In this document: one piece after another, positions 1 through 10,002 of the stretch
Numbering within the stretch: position 1 is the first letter of the stretch
Layout of the letters: every line of letters starts with the position of its first letter
Assembly (NCBI GenBank): GCA_963799485.1
Contig: CAWCXJ010000001.1
Span: 64,001-128,000, forward strand
DNA length: 64,000 nucleotides
Reading direction: 5' to 3'
Source of the DNA: an uncultured Trueperaceae bacterium
GTDB taxonomy: Bacteria; Deinococcota; Deinococci; Deinococcales; Trueperaceae
Program-made: the position numbers and the translations under genes
The notes under the pieces: model-generated
The model's database searches: none
What the model was told of the DNA's origin: nothing
The model's input: the letters and a program-made list of their open reading frames with translations, nothing else

Positions 1-2
1 CG

Positions 3-416
3 CCGGCGGTGGGACTAGTCGCGGGATTAGCAGTCGCCCTGGACATACTTTTAGCAGAAGGTTTAGAAAACGTCTGGCAGCGCCGTAAAACGCTCAATGA
101 GGCCGTCTTAGTGGGGGCCGCTGCCCTCGGCTGCAGACCTTACGCGGAGCGCCCGAGCGCAGCGACAGCAGCGCTCTACGCACCCGAAGGCATTGCCGCC
201 CCCGCTATTGTCAAAGGCTTCAGCGCCCGGGGCATGCGGATTGCGGGGGGTCAAGACGACGCCAAACCGGTTTTGTTTCGCCCCTCGGTGATGGGTTACG
301 CCGACCGTTACGACGCGCTGATCATCGTCGCTGCGTTGGAAGAGGTTTTACGGGAGCTGGGTCAGAAGGTGTCTCCGGGGCAGGGGCTCGCCGCGGCGCT
401 AACCGTGCTGGGGTAG
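3..416 (+). CDS. Class V PLP aminotransferase (serine-pyruvate/alanine-glyoxylate type), 3' part only; 5' end lies outside the window
   Basis: Frame open from window edge (PAVGLVAGL...); C-terminal IAGGQD...FRPSVMGY resembles the IAGGQ..L...FRIGHMG segment of this family. Confidence 0.75.
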   Translation, partial: PAVGLVAGLAVALDILLAEGLENVWQRRKTLNEAVLVGAAALGCRPYAERPSAATAALYAPEGIAAPAIVKGFSARGMRIAGGQDDAKPVLFRPSVMGYADRYDALIIVAALEEVLRELGQKVSPGQGLAAALTVLG

Positions 417-418
417 TT

Positions 419-820
419 TTGAGGCTCGAGCTAACCACCCCCGCCCTGCTATTCCCGGCGATTTCACTCCTGCTGCTGGCCTACACCAACCGCTTTTTGA
501 CCCTCGCCGGACTGATCCGCGAGCTTCACCGGCGTTATCTGGACGGGCACGAAGACACGGTACTCGGGCAAATCGTCAATTTACGGGCGCGGGTGCGGCT
601 TATCCGCGCGATGCAGGCGCTCGGCGTCGCCAGCTTCTTCGGCTGCGTGTTCTGTATGTTTCTGCTCTTTTTCGGGCTGATGTTGGCTGCACAAGGCATT
701 TTTACGCTGAGCTTGCTGCTGCTGATGGTGTCGCTCGGGCTTTCGGTGTGGGAAATCCAGATGTCGGTCGGGGCGCTCGACTTGCAGCTGAGTGACCTCG
801 AGGCTGCCCAAAAAAGATAA
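419..820 (+). CDS. DUF2721-like small membrane protein
   Basis: TTPALLFPAISLLLLAYTNRFL N-terminus and three hydrophobic segments. Confidence 0.75.
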   Translation: MRLELTTPALLFPAISLLLLAYTNRFLTLAGLIRELHRRYLDGHEDTVLGQIVNLRARVRLIRAMQALGVASFFGCVFCMFLLFFGLMLAAQGIFTLSLLLLMVSLGLSVWEIQMSVGALDLQLSDLEAAQKR

Positions 821-823
821 GGG

Positions 824-2128
824 TTAGTGCAAACCGTAGTTGCGTCCTGTTTCTTGTTGTTCTAGGTCGTCATAACCACGTTTTTTGTCGAGCTTGCCGA
901 TAGCGCTCGGTGCGCTGACGCCGTGAACAACCACCGAGAGCAGCACCACAAACCCCACCACAGCCCACAGCCCGTCGGCGTCACGAAAGTTGGCTTCATT
1001 GATGGCGTAGGCCAGATAATAAAACGACCCGACGCCGCGAATTCCGAAAAACGACAACGCGAACCGCTCACGCCACAGCAGTTTGGTACCTAAAAGCCCG
1101 AGCAGACCGAACAGCGGCCTCAGCAAAAAGATAACAGCGACCCCGGCCACGCCGCCGCCCCAGGTCAGGTCGCTCAAAAGCCCCCGGGCGACCGCGCCGC
1201 CGAAAATTACCAGCAGCGCGACCATCAGGAGCCGCTCACCCTGTTCGATAAAACTGTGAAGCTGGACGTGATAGCGGTGTTCGCGTTCAAAGTGCCGTAA
1301 AGCCAGCGCCGCAACGAACACGGCTAAAAACCCGTAGCCCTGTAACAACTCGGTCACGCCGTAAACGAGCAGCACGGCGGCGAGCGCGACAAAACCTTCA
1401 CCGGTCTCGGCGAGTTTGGTTTTGACCTCGGCCCGGAAGATAAGGTGCATCAAGATGCTGCCCAAAAGCCAGCCCACCGCCGCCCCGATGACGATTTTGT
1501 AGACCAGATAATAGAGCGTCCAGTCGTCCAGCCAGTTTTGCGGAGCCAGCCCGTAGGTTGCCGCTAGAATTGCCAGATAGGTAAACGGAAACGCCAGGCC
1601 GTCGTTTAAGCCCGCCTCTGAGGTGAGGCCGAAGCGCACCTCGTCCTCTTTGCCCTCACCGGGGCCACCAACCTGCACGTCCGCCGCCAACACCGGGTCG
1701 GTCGGCGCGAGCACCGCACCTAAAAGCAGCGCCGACGCCGGGGCCAAACCGATAACCCACCAGCCCAGCAGCGCAGTCGCCGCAATGGTTAGCGGCATCA
1801 CGACGGCTAAAAGCCGCCAGGTGACGCCCCAACTGCGAAAGTTGAGCGGGCGGTCTATCTTGAGACCTGCGCCCATCAGCGCGACGATCACCAGCAGTTC
1901 GGTAAAGTGTTCCGTAAAAGCGCGGTTGGCGAGCGGTTCCGGATTGGGCAGACCGAGCGGCAGGCTGAAGAGCACGATGCCCAGCCCGACGTAAACGATG
2001 GGAAACGAGAGTGCCCGACCTTGCAGCAGCCGCGGCAACCAGGCTGCGCCGATAAACGCGACGCCCAGGAGCGCCATGACGACTTCGTAGGTATCGGGCG
2101 AGCTGAGGTCTTTAAGAAGAGTGTCCAT
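824..2128 (-). CDS. CPA1 (NhaP-type) cation/proton antiporter
   Basis: LAPTDPV and SEAGLNDGLAFPF motifs, FFGIRGVGS, many TM helices. Confidence 0.9.
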   Translation of the reverse strand: MDTLLKDLSSPDTYEVVMALLGVAFIGAAWLPRLLQGRALSFPIVYVGLGIVLFSLPLGLPNPEPLANRAFTEHFTELLVIVALMGAGLKIDRPLNFRSWGVTWRLLAVVMPLTIAATALLGWWVIGLAPASALLLGAVLAPTDPVLAADVQVGGPGEGKEDEVRFGLTSEAGLNDGLAFPFTYLAILAATYGLAPQNWLDDWTLYYLVYKIVIGAAVGWLLGSILMHLIFRAEVKTKLAETGEGFVALAAVLLVYGVTELLQGYGFLAVFVAALALRHFEREHRYHVQLHSFIEQGERLLMVALLVIFGGAVARGLLSDLTWGGGVAGVAVIFLLRPLFGLLGLLGTKLLWRERFALSFFGIRGVGSFYYLAYAINEANFRDADGLWAVVGFVVLLSVVVHGVSAPSAIGKLDKKRGYDDLEQQETGRNYGLH

Positions 2129-2237
2129 AAGGTTCGCGTGTGCGCGAAAGGCCAGCTTAACGCGGCGTAAAAGAAAGCTTGCGTCAGCTACGGCACAGAT
2201 CGAGCTGTGATGTGGTTATGACGTGGTAGTGACGTGG

Positions 2238-2972
2238 TTACGATGCGGTGACGACGAGGTGCGGTGCGTCGGCGGAGAACCGGCTACGGCTGAAGTCGCC
2301 GTAAAACTGAACGTGGCTGAAACCGTTTTGGATGAGGGCGCGCGCGAGTTCAAACCTGTAAAAATAGCGCTGCGTCAGCGTGCTGCGCTGCCGCCGTAAA
2401 ATCCCGGTCTCGTCCGTCGTGTCTAAAAAATAGTGTGAGGTCAGGGTCTGGGTGTCGGGGTCGTGGGTTTGCAGTAAAAACAGCTCGCTCTGCTCACCGC
2501 CGACGTGCGTCCATTCGGGCTCGAGCCGTAAAACGTTGAGCTCATTGAAGTTCGGCGTGTAGAGGTCGAAAGCAAAGCGCCCGCCCGGTGCCAGGTGCGT
2601 TTTTACGGTCTGCAAGGTCGCGTCTTGATCAGAAAGCGTGTAGGCGTGCATCAGCGTATTAAACGGGGCGATGATAAGGGGAAACTGCCGTTCTAAACGT
2701 ACTTTTCTCATATCGCCTTGAACGTAAGTCACGCTGTTTAGACTTTCAGCTCCCAACCGTACTTGACCGCGCCGAGTCATTTCAGGGGAGGGCTCGAGCG
2801 CCACGACTTCATGACCGGCCCGTGCGAGGGCGGCGGAGACGCGGGCCGTGCCTGCACCGAGTTCTAGCACCGGGCCGCCGTAATCGTCGGCTAAACGGGT
2901 GTAAAAGGGCAGGTCGTCGCGGTAGTTTCGGTATTGCAGGTCGTAAAGCTCGGCGAGGGGGTCGTAGTTCAT
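2238..2972 (-). CDS. Class I SAM-dependent methyltransferase
   Basis: VLELGAGTAR motif I, VQGDM, LAPGGRFAFD; start overlaps the ABC gene stop (ATGA). Confidence 0.9.
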   Translation of the reverse strand: MNYDPLAELYDLQYRNYRDDLPFYTRLADDYGGPVLELGAGTARVSAALARAGHEVVALEPSPEMTRRGQVRLGAESLNSVTYVQGDMRKVRLERQFPLIIAPFNTLMHAYTLSDQDATLQTVKTHLAPGGRFAFDLYTPNFNELNVLRLEPEWTHVGGEQSELFLLQTHDPDTQTLTSHYFLDTTDETGILRRQRSTLTQRYFYRFELARALIQNGFSHVQFYGDFSRSRFSADAPHLVVTAS

Positions 2973-4609
2973 ACCGGCATATGGGCAAGTTCGGAGAGAT
3001 GACCGCGCCCCAACCGTAACACCCGCTCCGCCGCCAGTGCAAGCGCCGGACGGTGCGCCACGACGACCACAAGCCGCGTTTTGGCCTGTGTTTTTAGCAC
3101 CTCGACGAGTACCCGTTCACTTTCGTCGTCCAGACTCGCACTCGGTTCGTCTAGCAGCAGCACATCGGGGTTTCGCAAGAGGGCGCGGGCGACCGAAAGA
3201 CGCTGCCGCTGCCCCCCCGAAAGCCCCGCGCCGCTCTCGGCGAGTACGGCGTCCAGACCGCGCGCTCGTACCGTCTCCTCTAACCCAACCTCCCGTAAAA
3301 CAGCCCGGAGCGTTTCATCAGAGAAGGTCTCACCGAGCGTCAGGTTGTCGCGTAGTGAGGCGCGGAAGAGCAGCGTTTCTTGCGGGACGTAAGCCACGCG
3401 GCGCTGACGTTCTGCGTCCGGATAGCGTGACAAATCGGTGCCTGCGAGCGTTACGGTGCCTGAAGTCGGTGTCAGCAAGCCCAGCAGTAGCTTGAGCAGG
3501 GTCGTTTTGCCGCCGCCACTCGGCCCGGTCAGGGCGACGAGGCCGGGGCCGGTCAACGTAAGGGTAAGGTCGTCCAGAACGGTTTCGTGGTCGCGCCGAA
3601 ACGTTACGCCGGACAGCTGCATTCTTGGGAGGCGTGGAGGGGTGGGCTCGAGCCTAGTCTGCGCTACTTTGGGCTCCAAGTCACGCAATTCCAGAAGCCG
3701 CGCTGCGCCCGCCCGCGCACTCTGCAAATGAGCGTAGGCGCGAGGTAAAAGCTGGGCAGGCGTTGACAGCAGCGCCAAAAGCGTCACGAACGCGCCGACT
3801 TCACCCAGACTCATCGCGCCGTTTTGGACGCTTCTAGTCAGGTACAAGAGGAGTCCGGCGAGCGCCGCAAACCCGAGCGCCTGCGCGAGCGGGGTTTGCA
3901 GCGCGGCCCAGCGGGTACGGCTCGCCTGCGCCCGCGCCGCCCCCATATTCGCCCTTTCGAAACGTCCGAGTAAAAACGTCTCGAGCCCAAACGCCCGGAC
4001 GACCTCGAGCTGAGCCAGCCCTTCTTGCAGGTGCGAACTCGTCTCTTCTAACAGCCCTTGCGTCTGCAAACTCCGCCGCCGGATAAACCCGCCCGCCCAG
4101 ACGAGCGCCCCGGCGAGCGGCAACGACAGGCCGAGGAGTAAAAGTGTCGCACCGGGGTTGACGTAGAGCAGATACGCGAAACTCAAAAGAAGCGTCAGCG
4201 TTTCGGCGATAAAGGTGCCGAGACCGACCTGAACGAACGCCTCGACTTGGTTAAGGTCGGCTAAAACGCGCCCGGTCAGGCCGCCGCTGGTCTTTTCGGC
4301 GCTGGGCGCGGTCTGGCCCAGCAGCGTCCGGTAGAGACCCCGCCGCCACGCCGCCCCCACCCGCGCCGCGAGCGTGCCGAACACCGCGTCTTGCGCCCAG
4401 AGCGCGACCGCGCCCAATAGCAGCACCCCGCCACCGACCCACAAAACCCGCGTCAGCGCGTCGAAATTGCCCCGGACGAACACTTGATCTAGCAGTGGTT
4501 GTACCAAAAGCGGCGCGACGGCAACCCGCACGAGCGCGTTGACTGCCGCCGCCAGTGCGCCCCAGAGCGTCAGCGCGGTGCGGGGTAAAAGGAGGCTGGG
4601 CAGCGTCAT
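2969..4609 (-). CDS. ABC exporter, fused TMD-NBD, MsbA-like (probable lipid flippase)
   Basis: N-terminal TM domain; Walker A GPSGGGKT, signature LSGGQRQR, Walker B LLLDE; directly downstream of lpxB-like gene. Confidence 0.85.
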   Translation of the reverse strand: MTLPSLLLPRTALTLWGALAAAVNALVRVAVAPLLVQPLLDQVFVRGNFDALTRVLWVGGGVLLLGAVALWAQDAVFGTLAARVGAAWRRGLYRTLLGQTAPSAEKTSGGLTGRVLADLNQVEAFVQVGLGTFIAETLTLLLSFAYLLYVNPGATLLLLGLSLPLAGALVWAGGFIRRRSLQTQGLLEETSSHLQEGLAQLEVVRAFGLETFLLGRFERANMGAARAQASRTRWAALQTPLAQALGFAALAGLLLYLTRSVQNGAMSLGEVGAFVTLLALLSTPAQLLPRAYAHLQSARAGAARLLELRDLEPKVAQTRLEPTPPRLPRMQLSGVTFRRDHETVLDDLTLTLTGPGLVALTGPSGGGKTTLLKLLLGLLTPTSGTVTLAGTDLSRYPDAERQRRVAYVPQETLLFRASLRDNLTLGETFSDETLRAVLREVGLEETVRARGLDAVLAESGAGLSGGQRQRLSVARALLRNPDVLLLDEPSASLDDESERVLVEVLKTQAKTRLVVVVAHRPALALAAERVLRLGRGHLSELAHMPV

Positions 4610-5787
4610 CCTGCTAACAGCCGGGTGACGAGTTTGGTGGCGGCCCCCGGCCTCGGCATGGTCGCAAGTAGCCGTTCGCGCCGCCGGTTTCGTTCAGCTT
4701 CATCGTCCAATAACCTCAAAACTTCAGCCAGTACCCCGCCCAGCGTGAGCGTACCTTTAAGCTCCACCATCAACTTCTCCCCGCTCAGGTTGTTCGGCAA
4801 ACTCACCGGCAGGTGCGGCGCGGCTAAGAGCACCGCGCGGCGTTTTAGGCTGGGGCCGACCAGCGGCACGAGCGAAAGCCAGTGTCCGGGGCCCTCGAGC
4901 GGAATCACTTCGGGTTTATTGAGCGGCAACAAAACCACCGACGGCACCCCGGCGATGCCGAGTTCTAGGGTGTTCGTACCGGGGATGGTTACGGCGAGGT
5001 CGGCGGCGCGCATGTGGGCGTAGCGGGTGTTTTCGGGGACGAGCTCGAGCTTGGCCCCGCTCGGCGTCATGATAACGTCCCCCACACGTTTTCCGGAGAT
5101 CCCACCGAGGGTGTCTTGTTCGGCTCCGGCGGCCCCCTGCGCCAGCGTTTCTTCACTCAGCAACCGGCTGACCGGCCAGACAAAGCGGGCGTTCGGGTAG
5201 TGCGCGTAGAGCGCGTCGGTAAGTGCCAGCATGAAGGGAATAATGTGGACGGCAAAACCGTCACGGGAGCCGCACATCATCACGATATGCGGCGCGCCGC
5301 GCTCCGTCACGGGTTCACTCAGCTGGGCGGCGTCGGCGACGAGGTTGCCGACAACTTCCGTGCGTCCCCCCGGTGCACCTAAAAGCCGCGCCCTTTGCGC
5401 CGTGCGCGGTGAATCGACAAACAGCGTCCTAAGTTTTTTGTGCCAGTACGGGACGAAGGAATAGCGGTAGGCCGGGGCGCGTAACTTAGCCGCAAGCCGT
5501 AACGCAAGGTCGGCGCTGCCGCCGAGCCCGAGCACGGTTTCGGCCTGCGCCCCGAACACCGCGCGGTTTCCGGCTATAAGCCCCAGAAAATCTTTCGGAC
5601 TCGTGACCTTATCCGCGCCGAAAGTCTCGGCGATTTTCGTCTCACTGCCGCTGGCAAACTGGCACGGAATGAGGCTCACCGTAACGTGCCGTTCGGGGGC
5701 TTGCCGCCGCAGTTCGGCGAGTACCGGGCGCACCCAGGTATAGAGTTCGCCGGGGCCGTTGCTGAGCAGTATGATGTCACCAGCCAC
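4606..5787 (-). CDS. lpxB: Lipid-A-disaccharide synthase-related GT-B glycosyltransferase (SNGPGE type)
   Basis: N-terminal LSNGPGE..WVRPV, VVGNL, CGSR, TIPGTNTLELG..GVP, SLPN; follows lpxA. Confidence 0.7.
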   Translation of the reverse strand: MAGDIILLSNGPGELYTWVRPVLAELRRQAPERHVTVSLIPCQFASGSETKIAETFGADKVTSPKDFLGLIAGNRAVFGAQAETVLGLGGSADLALRLAAKLRAPAYRYSFVPYWHKKLRTLFVDSPRTAQRARLLGAPGGRTEVVGNLVADAAQLSEPVTERGAPHIVMMCGSRDGFAVHIIPFMLALTDALYAHYPNARFVWPVSRLLSEETLAQGAAGAEQDTLGGISGKRVGDVIMTPSGAKLELVPENTRYAHMRAADLAVTIPGTNTLELGIAGVPSVVLLPLNKPEVIPLEGPGHWLSLVPLVGPSLKRRAVLLAAPHLPVSLPNNLSGEKLMVELKGTLTLGGVLAEVLRLLDDEAERNRRRERLLATMPRPGAATKLVTRLLAG

Positions 5788-5796
5788 GATAAACCT

Positions 5797-6567
5797 CTAA
5801 ACGAACGCGGAAAGCCCGCGTTTGGCTGAGGCTTGAAACTCAACCATCAGGTGCACATCGTCACTAAGAAGTGCGAGTTCTTTCAGCAGTGCCCAGTCTC
5901 GGTGACGAAAAGCCCGCACAGCCTTTTCCAGATAACGGTAACGCTCCCCGCCCACACCGCGACGTGCTAAACCGACCCGGTTAAGGCGGTAGTGCCGCGC
6001 CGGATTGCCCCGCGCCATGCTAAAGGGCAGCACGTCCCGGTTCGACGCGCTCCCTGCGCCGAACATGGCGTGTGCTCCGATACGGCAGTGCTGATGTACC
6101 ATTGCCGCCGCGCCGAGTACCGCGTAATCGCCGACCTGCGTGTACCCGCCAAGCTGTACTTGCGTGGTGAGTACGCAGCCCCGCCCGACCCGCGCGTTGT
6201 GCGACACATGCGCCGACGCCATAACCAGCGTGTCCGCGCCGACCCTGGTTTCATTCCCTTCGCCGCTCGCCCGGTGAACGGTTACGAATTCGCGCAGCGT
6301 CACCTGTTGTTCTAACACCGTAAAACTTGGTTCGCCGCGAAACGCCGTGTCCATCGGTGCCCCGCCGACGACCGCGTAAGGCCCGACGCGACAACCCGCT
6401 CCGACGCGGCTCCCGGTATGCAGCACGCTGCCGGTTTGAATAACGGCGTTTTCACCAACCTTGACCCCCGCTTCGATGACGACAAACGGCCCGACGACGC
6501 AGCCCTCCCCGAGTTCGGCACTCCACGAAACGACCGCCGAAGGGTGAACCGTTGCCAACGTACTCAT
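5797..6567 (-). CDS. lpxA: UDP-GlcNAc O-acyltransferase
   Basis: Hexapeptide repeats, REFVTVHR, AHVSHN (catalytic His), VHQHCRIG, LNRVGL. Confidence 0.92.
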   Translation of the reverse strand: MSTLATVHPSAVVSWSAELGEGCVVGPFVVIEAGVKVGENAVIQTGSVLHTGSRVGAGCRVGPYAVVGGAPMDTAFRGEPSFTVLEQQVTLREFVTVHRASGEGNETRVGADTLVMASAHVSHNARVGRGCVLTTQVQLGGYTQVGDYAVLGAAAMVHQHCRIGAHAMFGAGSASNRDVLPFSMARGNPARHYRLNRVGLARRGVGGERYRYLEKAVRAFRHRDWALLKELALLSDDVHLMVEFQASAKRGLSAFV

Positions 6568-6575
6568 AAGGGTGG

Positions 6576-7025
6576 TTATGAAGCGAAAACGAACGACAAG
6601 GTGGCTTCGGCGGCAACTTCATCCCCGACCAGGGCTTTGGCTTCGACGCGGCAGAGGCGGCGGCGAAAGAGCGTGATGGTGCCGACGAGCCGCAACACGT
6701 CGCCGGGAACGACCTTGCGCTTGAATTTGGCCCCATCGACCCCGGCGAGGTAGCCAATTTGCGGTTCGGTATCCGGTCCCGTCCAGCCTTCACGCACCGC
6801 TAAACCGACAGCGGACGCCTGGGCGAGCGCTTCGATAATTAAAACCCCCGGCATCACGGGTTCAGTGGGAAAATGGCCTTGAAAATAGGGTTCGTTAAAC
6901 GAAACGTTTTTACGGCATTCGAAGGCGTCTCCGTCTTGTGAGACGAAGGCGTCGACGAGCAAAAAAGGGTAGCGGTGCGGTAGTAGCGCGCGCAGCTCGA
7001 GGGGGCTTTTCGGGTCGGTACTCAC
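6576..7025 (-). CDS. fabZ: 3-hydroxyacyl-ACP dehydratase
   Basis: LPHRYPFLLVD and NEPYFQGHFP..PVMPGVLIIEALAQ. Confidence 0.97.
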   Translation of the reverse strand: MSTDPKSPLELRALLPHRYPFLLVDAFVSQDGDAFECRKNVSFNEPYFQGHFPTEPVMPGVLIIEALAQASAVGLAVREGWTGPDTEPQIGYLAGVDGAKFKRKVVPGDVLRLVGTITLFRRRLCRVEAKALVGDEVAAEATLSFVFAS

Positions 7026-8008
7026 GTCAAGACCATCTGCCGGGTGAGGTCGTTTTGTGCGTGGAGGTCGGTCACGAGTTGCGTGGCGAGCTGCAGCGCG
7101 CGCAGGTCGTCGTCCAAGGTACCAATTGGTGGGGTGCGGCGGCGGATACGGGCGAGGAAGTGTTCTAACTCGCGCCGCAAAGGGTTGTCCTCGTGAACGA
7201 TCAGCCTGTCCATCTGAATCTCGGAGTGGCTGGTATGTCCGGCACCCTCGGCGACGGGCCGGTAAATCGACACCTCGGTGTGCGGCTCTTTGCCGAAGTC
7301 CACCCGGAGCGTCTGTTTCTTTTCGGCAATCACGAGCGTGCGTTCGGCGTCGGGAGCGACGCGTGAGGCCAAAAAGCGGGCGATACAGCCGTTGCTAAAG
7401 GTAATCTGGGCAGCGGCGATGTCTTCATGCCCGGTCTCGCTCAAGATGTGCCCGGAGACGTGCACGCTCCGAATCGGGTACGGAACGATGCCCAGCACGA
7501 TGTCGATATCGTGAATCATCAGGTCTAGAATAACGCCGACGTCTTGAATACGGGCGTTCGGAGTCAACCGCCGCGCTTCGATGAGGTAGGGCTCGCTGAT
7601 ACGTTCGCCTAACAGCTCGACGGCTTGATAAAAACGGGTGATGTGCCCAACTTGCAAGATCAAACCCTGGGTGCGGCTGAGCGCGGCCATCCGTTCGGCT
7701 TCAGGAACGCTGCCGGCGACCGGCTTTTCGACCATCACGTGAACCCCGGCCCCTAGTAGCTGTTCGGTCACGTGGCAATGGTCGCTCGTCGGCGCGGCGA
7801 CACTGGCGGCGTCGAGTGTTTCGGCCTCGAGCAGTGCGGTCACGTCCGAATAGGTGGCAACGGCAAAGCGCTGGGCAGCCTCGGCGCGGCGTTCTTCGCT
7901 CGGGTCGACGATAGCAGTGAGATCGGTATAGGGTAGCGCGGCGTAGACGCCCGCGTGGTTTTTACCCATCACGCCAAAACCGACGACGGCGACGTGGAGG
8001 CGTTTCAC
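7022..8008 (-). CDS. Gfo/Idh/MocA NAD-dependent oxidoreductase, GnnA-like
   Basis: VVGFGVMG, EKPVA, DVGVILDLMIHDIDI; embedded in the lpx operon. Confidence 0.85.
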   Translation of the reverse strand: MKRLHVAVVGFGVMGKNHAGVYAALPYTDLTAIVDPSEERRAEAAQRFAVATYSDVTALLEAETLDAASVAAPTSDHCHVTEQLLGAGVHVMVEKPVAGSVPEAERMAALSRTQGLILQVGHITRFYQAVELLGERISEPYLIEARRLTPNARIQDVGVILDLMIHDIDIVLGIVPYPIRSVHVSGHILSETGHEDIAAAQITFSNGCIARFLASRVAPDAERTLVIAEKKQTLRVDFGKEPHTEVSIYRPVAEGAGHTSHSEIQMDRLIVHEDNPLRRELEHFLARIRRRTPPIGTLDDDLRALQLATQLVTDLHAQNDLTRQMVLT

Positions 8009-8045
8009 CGCACACCTCTAGGTTGGAGCGAGTTGCTAGGTTTGG

Positions 8046-8855
8046 TCAAGGTAACTCCCCGGGGTCGCCCGCAGGCGAAGGCACGAGTGAGAGTAACATA
8101 GCTTCGCGCAAAAGTGCCCGTGCGAAGGCAACGTGTGCGCTGTGTGAGCCCCGCATGACCTCGAGCCGTCCCAACAGTGGCCTGCCGAGCAGATAAAAGT
8201 CGCCGAGCGCGTCGAGCGCCTTGTGCCGGACGGGTTCGTCGGGCACGCGCAGCTCGGTCATCGGCCCGGCGTCGCCGTAAACGATGGCGTTTTCCAGGTT
8301 GGCGGCGGTCGCAAGGCCGTTCTCGCGCAGTTTTTCCAGCTCGCTCAAAAAGCCGAACGTCCGGGCGTGGAGCAGCGTCTCGTACCCTTCCGGGCCGCCG
8401 CACCACCGCTGCCGACCGATTGCGGGGTGCGCGAAGTCGATCTCGGCGCAAAGTTCGGGGTTGCCGGGCAAGACGCGGCAGCGCGTTTCACCCTGCTCGA
8501 GCGCAAACGCGTGCCCGACGACAAACCCCGGCGGTGCGGGCGGCGGCGCGCCGAGGTCGTCCAAAAGCCCCAGCCAGGGTGCGGCGGAACCGTCTAGAAT
8601 CGGCACTTCGTCGGCGGACACTTCGATCACCAGATCCGACCACCAGCCGCGCACGGCGAGCGCTGCCAGCAGGTGTTCGACCGTCAAAACCTGATAGCCG
8701 TCCCTACCGAGGGTGGTGCTGCGGTTCGTTTCGGTGACGAACTCGAGCCGCGCCGGAATCTCCTGTTTGCCGCGCCGAAACCGCACCCCGCCTGTCTCCG
8801 GGTGCAGGTGTACCCACGACGGTGCGCCGGTATGGAGGCCGTAACCGCTAATCAT
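8046..8855 (-). CDS. lpxC: UDP-3-O-acyl-GlcNAc deacetylase
   Basis: [39 protein letters not shown]. Confidence 0.95.
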   Translation of the reverse strand: MISGYGLHTGAPSWVHLHPETGGVRFRRGKQEIPARLEFVTETNRSTTLGRDGYQVLTVEHLLAALAVRGWWSDLVIEVSADEVPILDGSAAPWLGLLDDLGAPPPAPPGFVVGHAFALEQGETRCRVLPGNPELCAEIDFAHPAIGRQRWCGGPEGYETLLHARTFGFLSELEKLRENGLATAANLENAIVYGDAGPMTELRVPDEPVRHKALDALGDFYLLGRPLLGRLEVMRGSHSAHVAFARALLREAMLLSLVPSPAGDPGELP

Positions 8856-10002
8856 CGTTTTTTCTGTTTCCAGGGTCGTTTTTAAGGTGTTTCCAGAGCG
8901 CCTCGAGCTTGCTCAGCAAGTAGAGCTCACGAACCCAGCGGCGGTGGGGCCGCGCCGGATAGCCCGCCCAAACCTCACCCGCCGGGACACTTTTGAGGAC
9001 GCTCGAGCCCCCCGCAATCCGCACCCCGTCACCGAGCTGAACGTGGTCGGTGACACCGACTTGTCCTCCCAAAACGACCCCGCGCCCGAGTACGGTGCTG
9101 CCGCCAATCGCCGACGCCCCCGCAACGACACAATCCGAACCCATCACGACGTTGTGCCCGATTTGACAGAGATTGTCGATTTTGGTGCGAGCGCCGATAC
9201 GGGTTTCGTGAAGCGTCCCGCGGTCGATACAACTGTTTGCCCCGACCTCTACGTCGTCTTCTAAAACGACCGTACCAAGATGATGGATTTTAACCGCACC
9301 CTGCGGCCCGAAGGCGTAACCGAAACCGTCTGCGCCGACCACCACGCCGCTATGCAAGATGACCCGCGCGCCGAGTTGCACCCCCGGATAAAGCGTGACG
9401 TTGGCCAGTAGCCGCGTTCCTTCGCCCAAAACAGCCCCGTCACCCAATACGCACCCCGCCCCGATACGGCACCCTGCGCCAACGCTGACCCCCGCGCCGA
9501 CAACCGTCCCCGCGCCGACGCCGACCCCTTCGCCGAGCACCGCGTCCGGGTGAATAACTGCCGTCTCTGCAATGACCGCTTGCGGGACCGGGGGCGCAAA
9601 AATCGCGGTCAGTTGCGCGAACGCAAGCCGGGTGTCAGGGACGGTAATAACCGGACAAGAGAAGGTGTTAGAGCCGCCGGGCCCCAGGCTTCCATTTGGA
9701 ATAACGAGCGCGCCCAGCTGCGGTATGTCTGCGTGATTTCGAAACGCTGCTAACTGCGCCGCCGAAACAACGACCACACTCCCGTGCTGAGGCGTGTGGT
9801 CCAGGTCTTCGGGTGACAGGTTGGTAAGTGACAGGTTATCGGCTGACAGTAAAGTGGTGACGGGGCGGTTTTCACCGCTGAGTCGCCCGCCGAGCTTTTG
9901 CGCTAAAGTCTCCGCGTCGGTAGCGTTCGCTGTGCCCTTTACCTTGCTTGCCGCAGTACTTATCGTAGTACTCACGGCAGTACTTATCGTAGTGTCCGTC
10001 AC
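8848..10002 (-). CDS. lpxD: UDP-3-O-acylglucosamine N-acyltransferase (true start may lie a few codons downstream)
   Basis: [29 protein letters not shown], hexapeptide repeats. Confidence 0.95.
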   Translation of the reverse strand: MTDTTISTAVSTTISTAASKVKGTANATDAETLAQKLGGRLSGENRPVTTLLSADNLSLTNLSPEDLDHTPQHGSVVVVSAAQLAAFRNHADIPQLGALVIPNGSLGPGGSNTFSCPVITVPDTRLAFAQLTAIFAPPVPQAVIAETAVIHPDAVLGEGVGVGAGTVVGAGVSVGAGCRIGAGCVLGDGAVLGEGTRLLANVTLYPGVQLGARVILHSGVVVGADGFGYAFGPQGAVKIHHLGTVVLEDDVEVGANSCIDRGTLHETRIGARTKIDNLCQIGHNVVMGSDCVVAGASAIGGSTVLGRGVVLGGQVGVTDHVQLGDGVRIAGGSSVLKSVPAGEVWAGYPARPHRRWVRELYLLSKLEALWKHLKNDPGNRKNDD

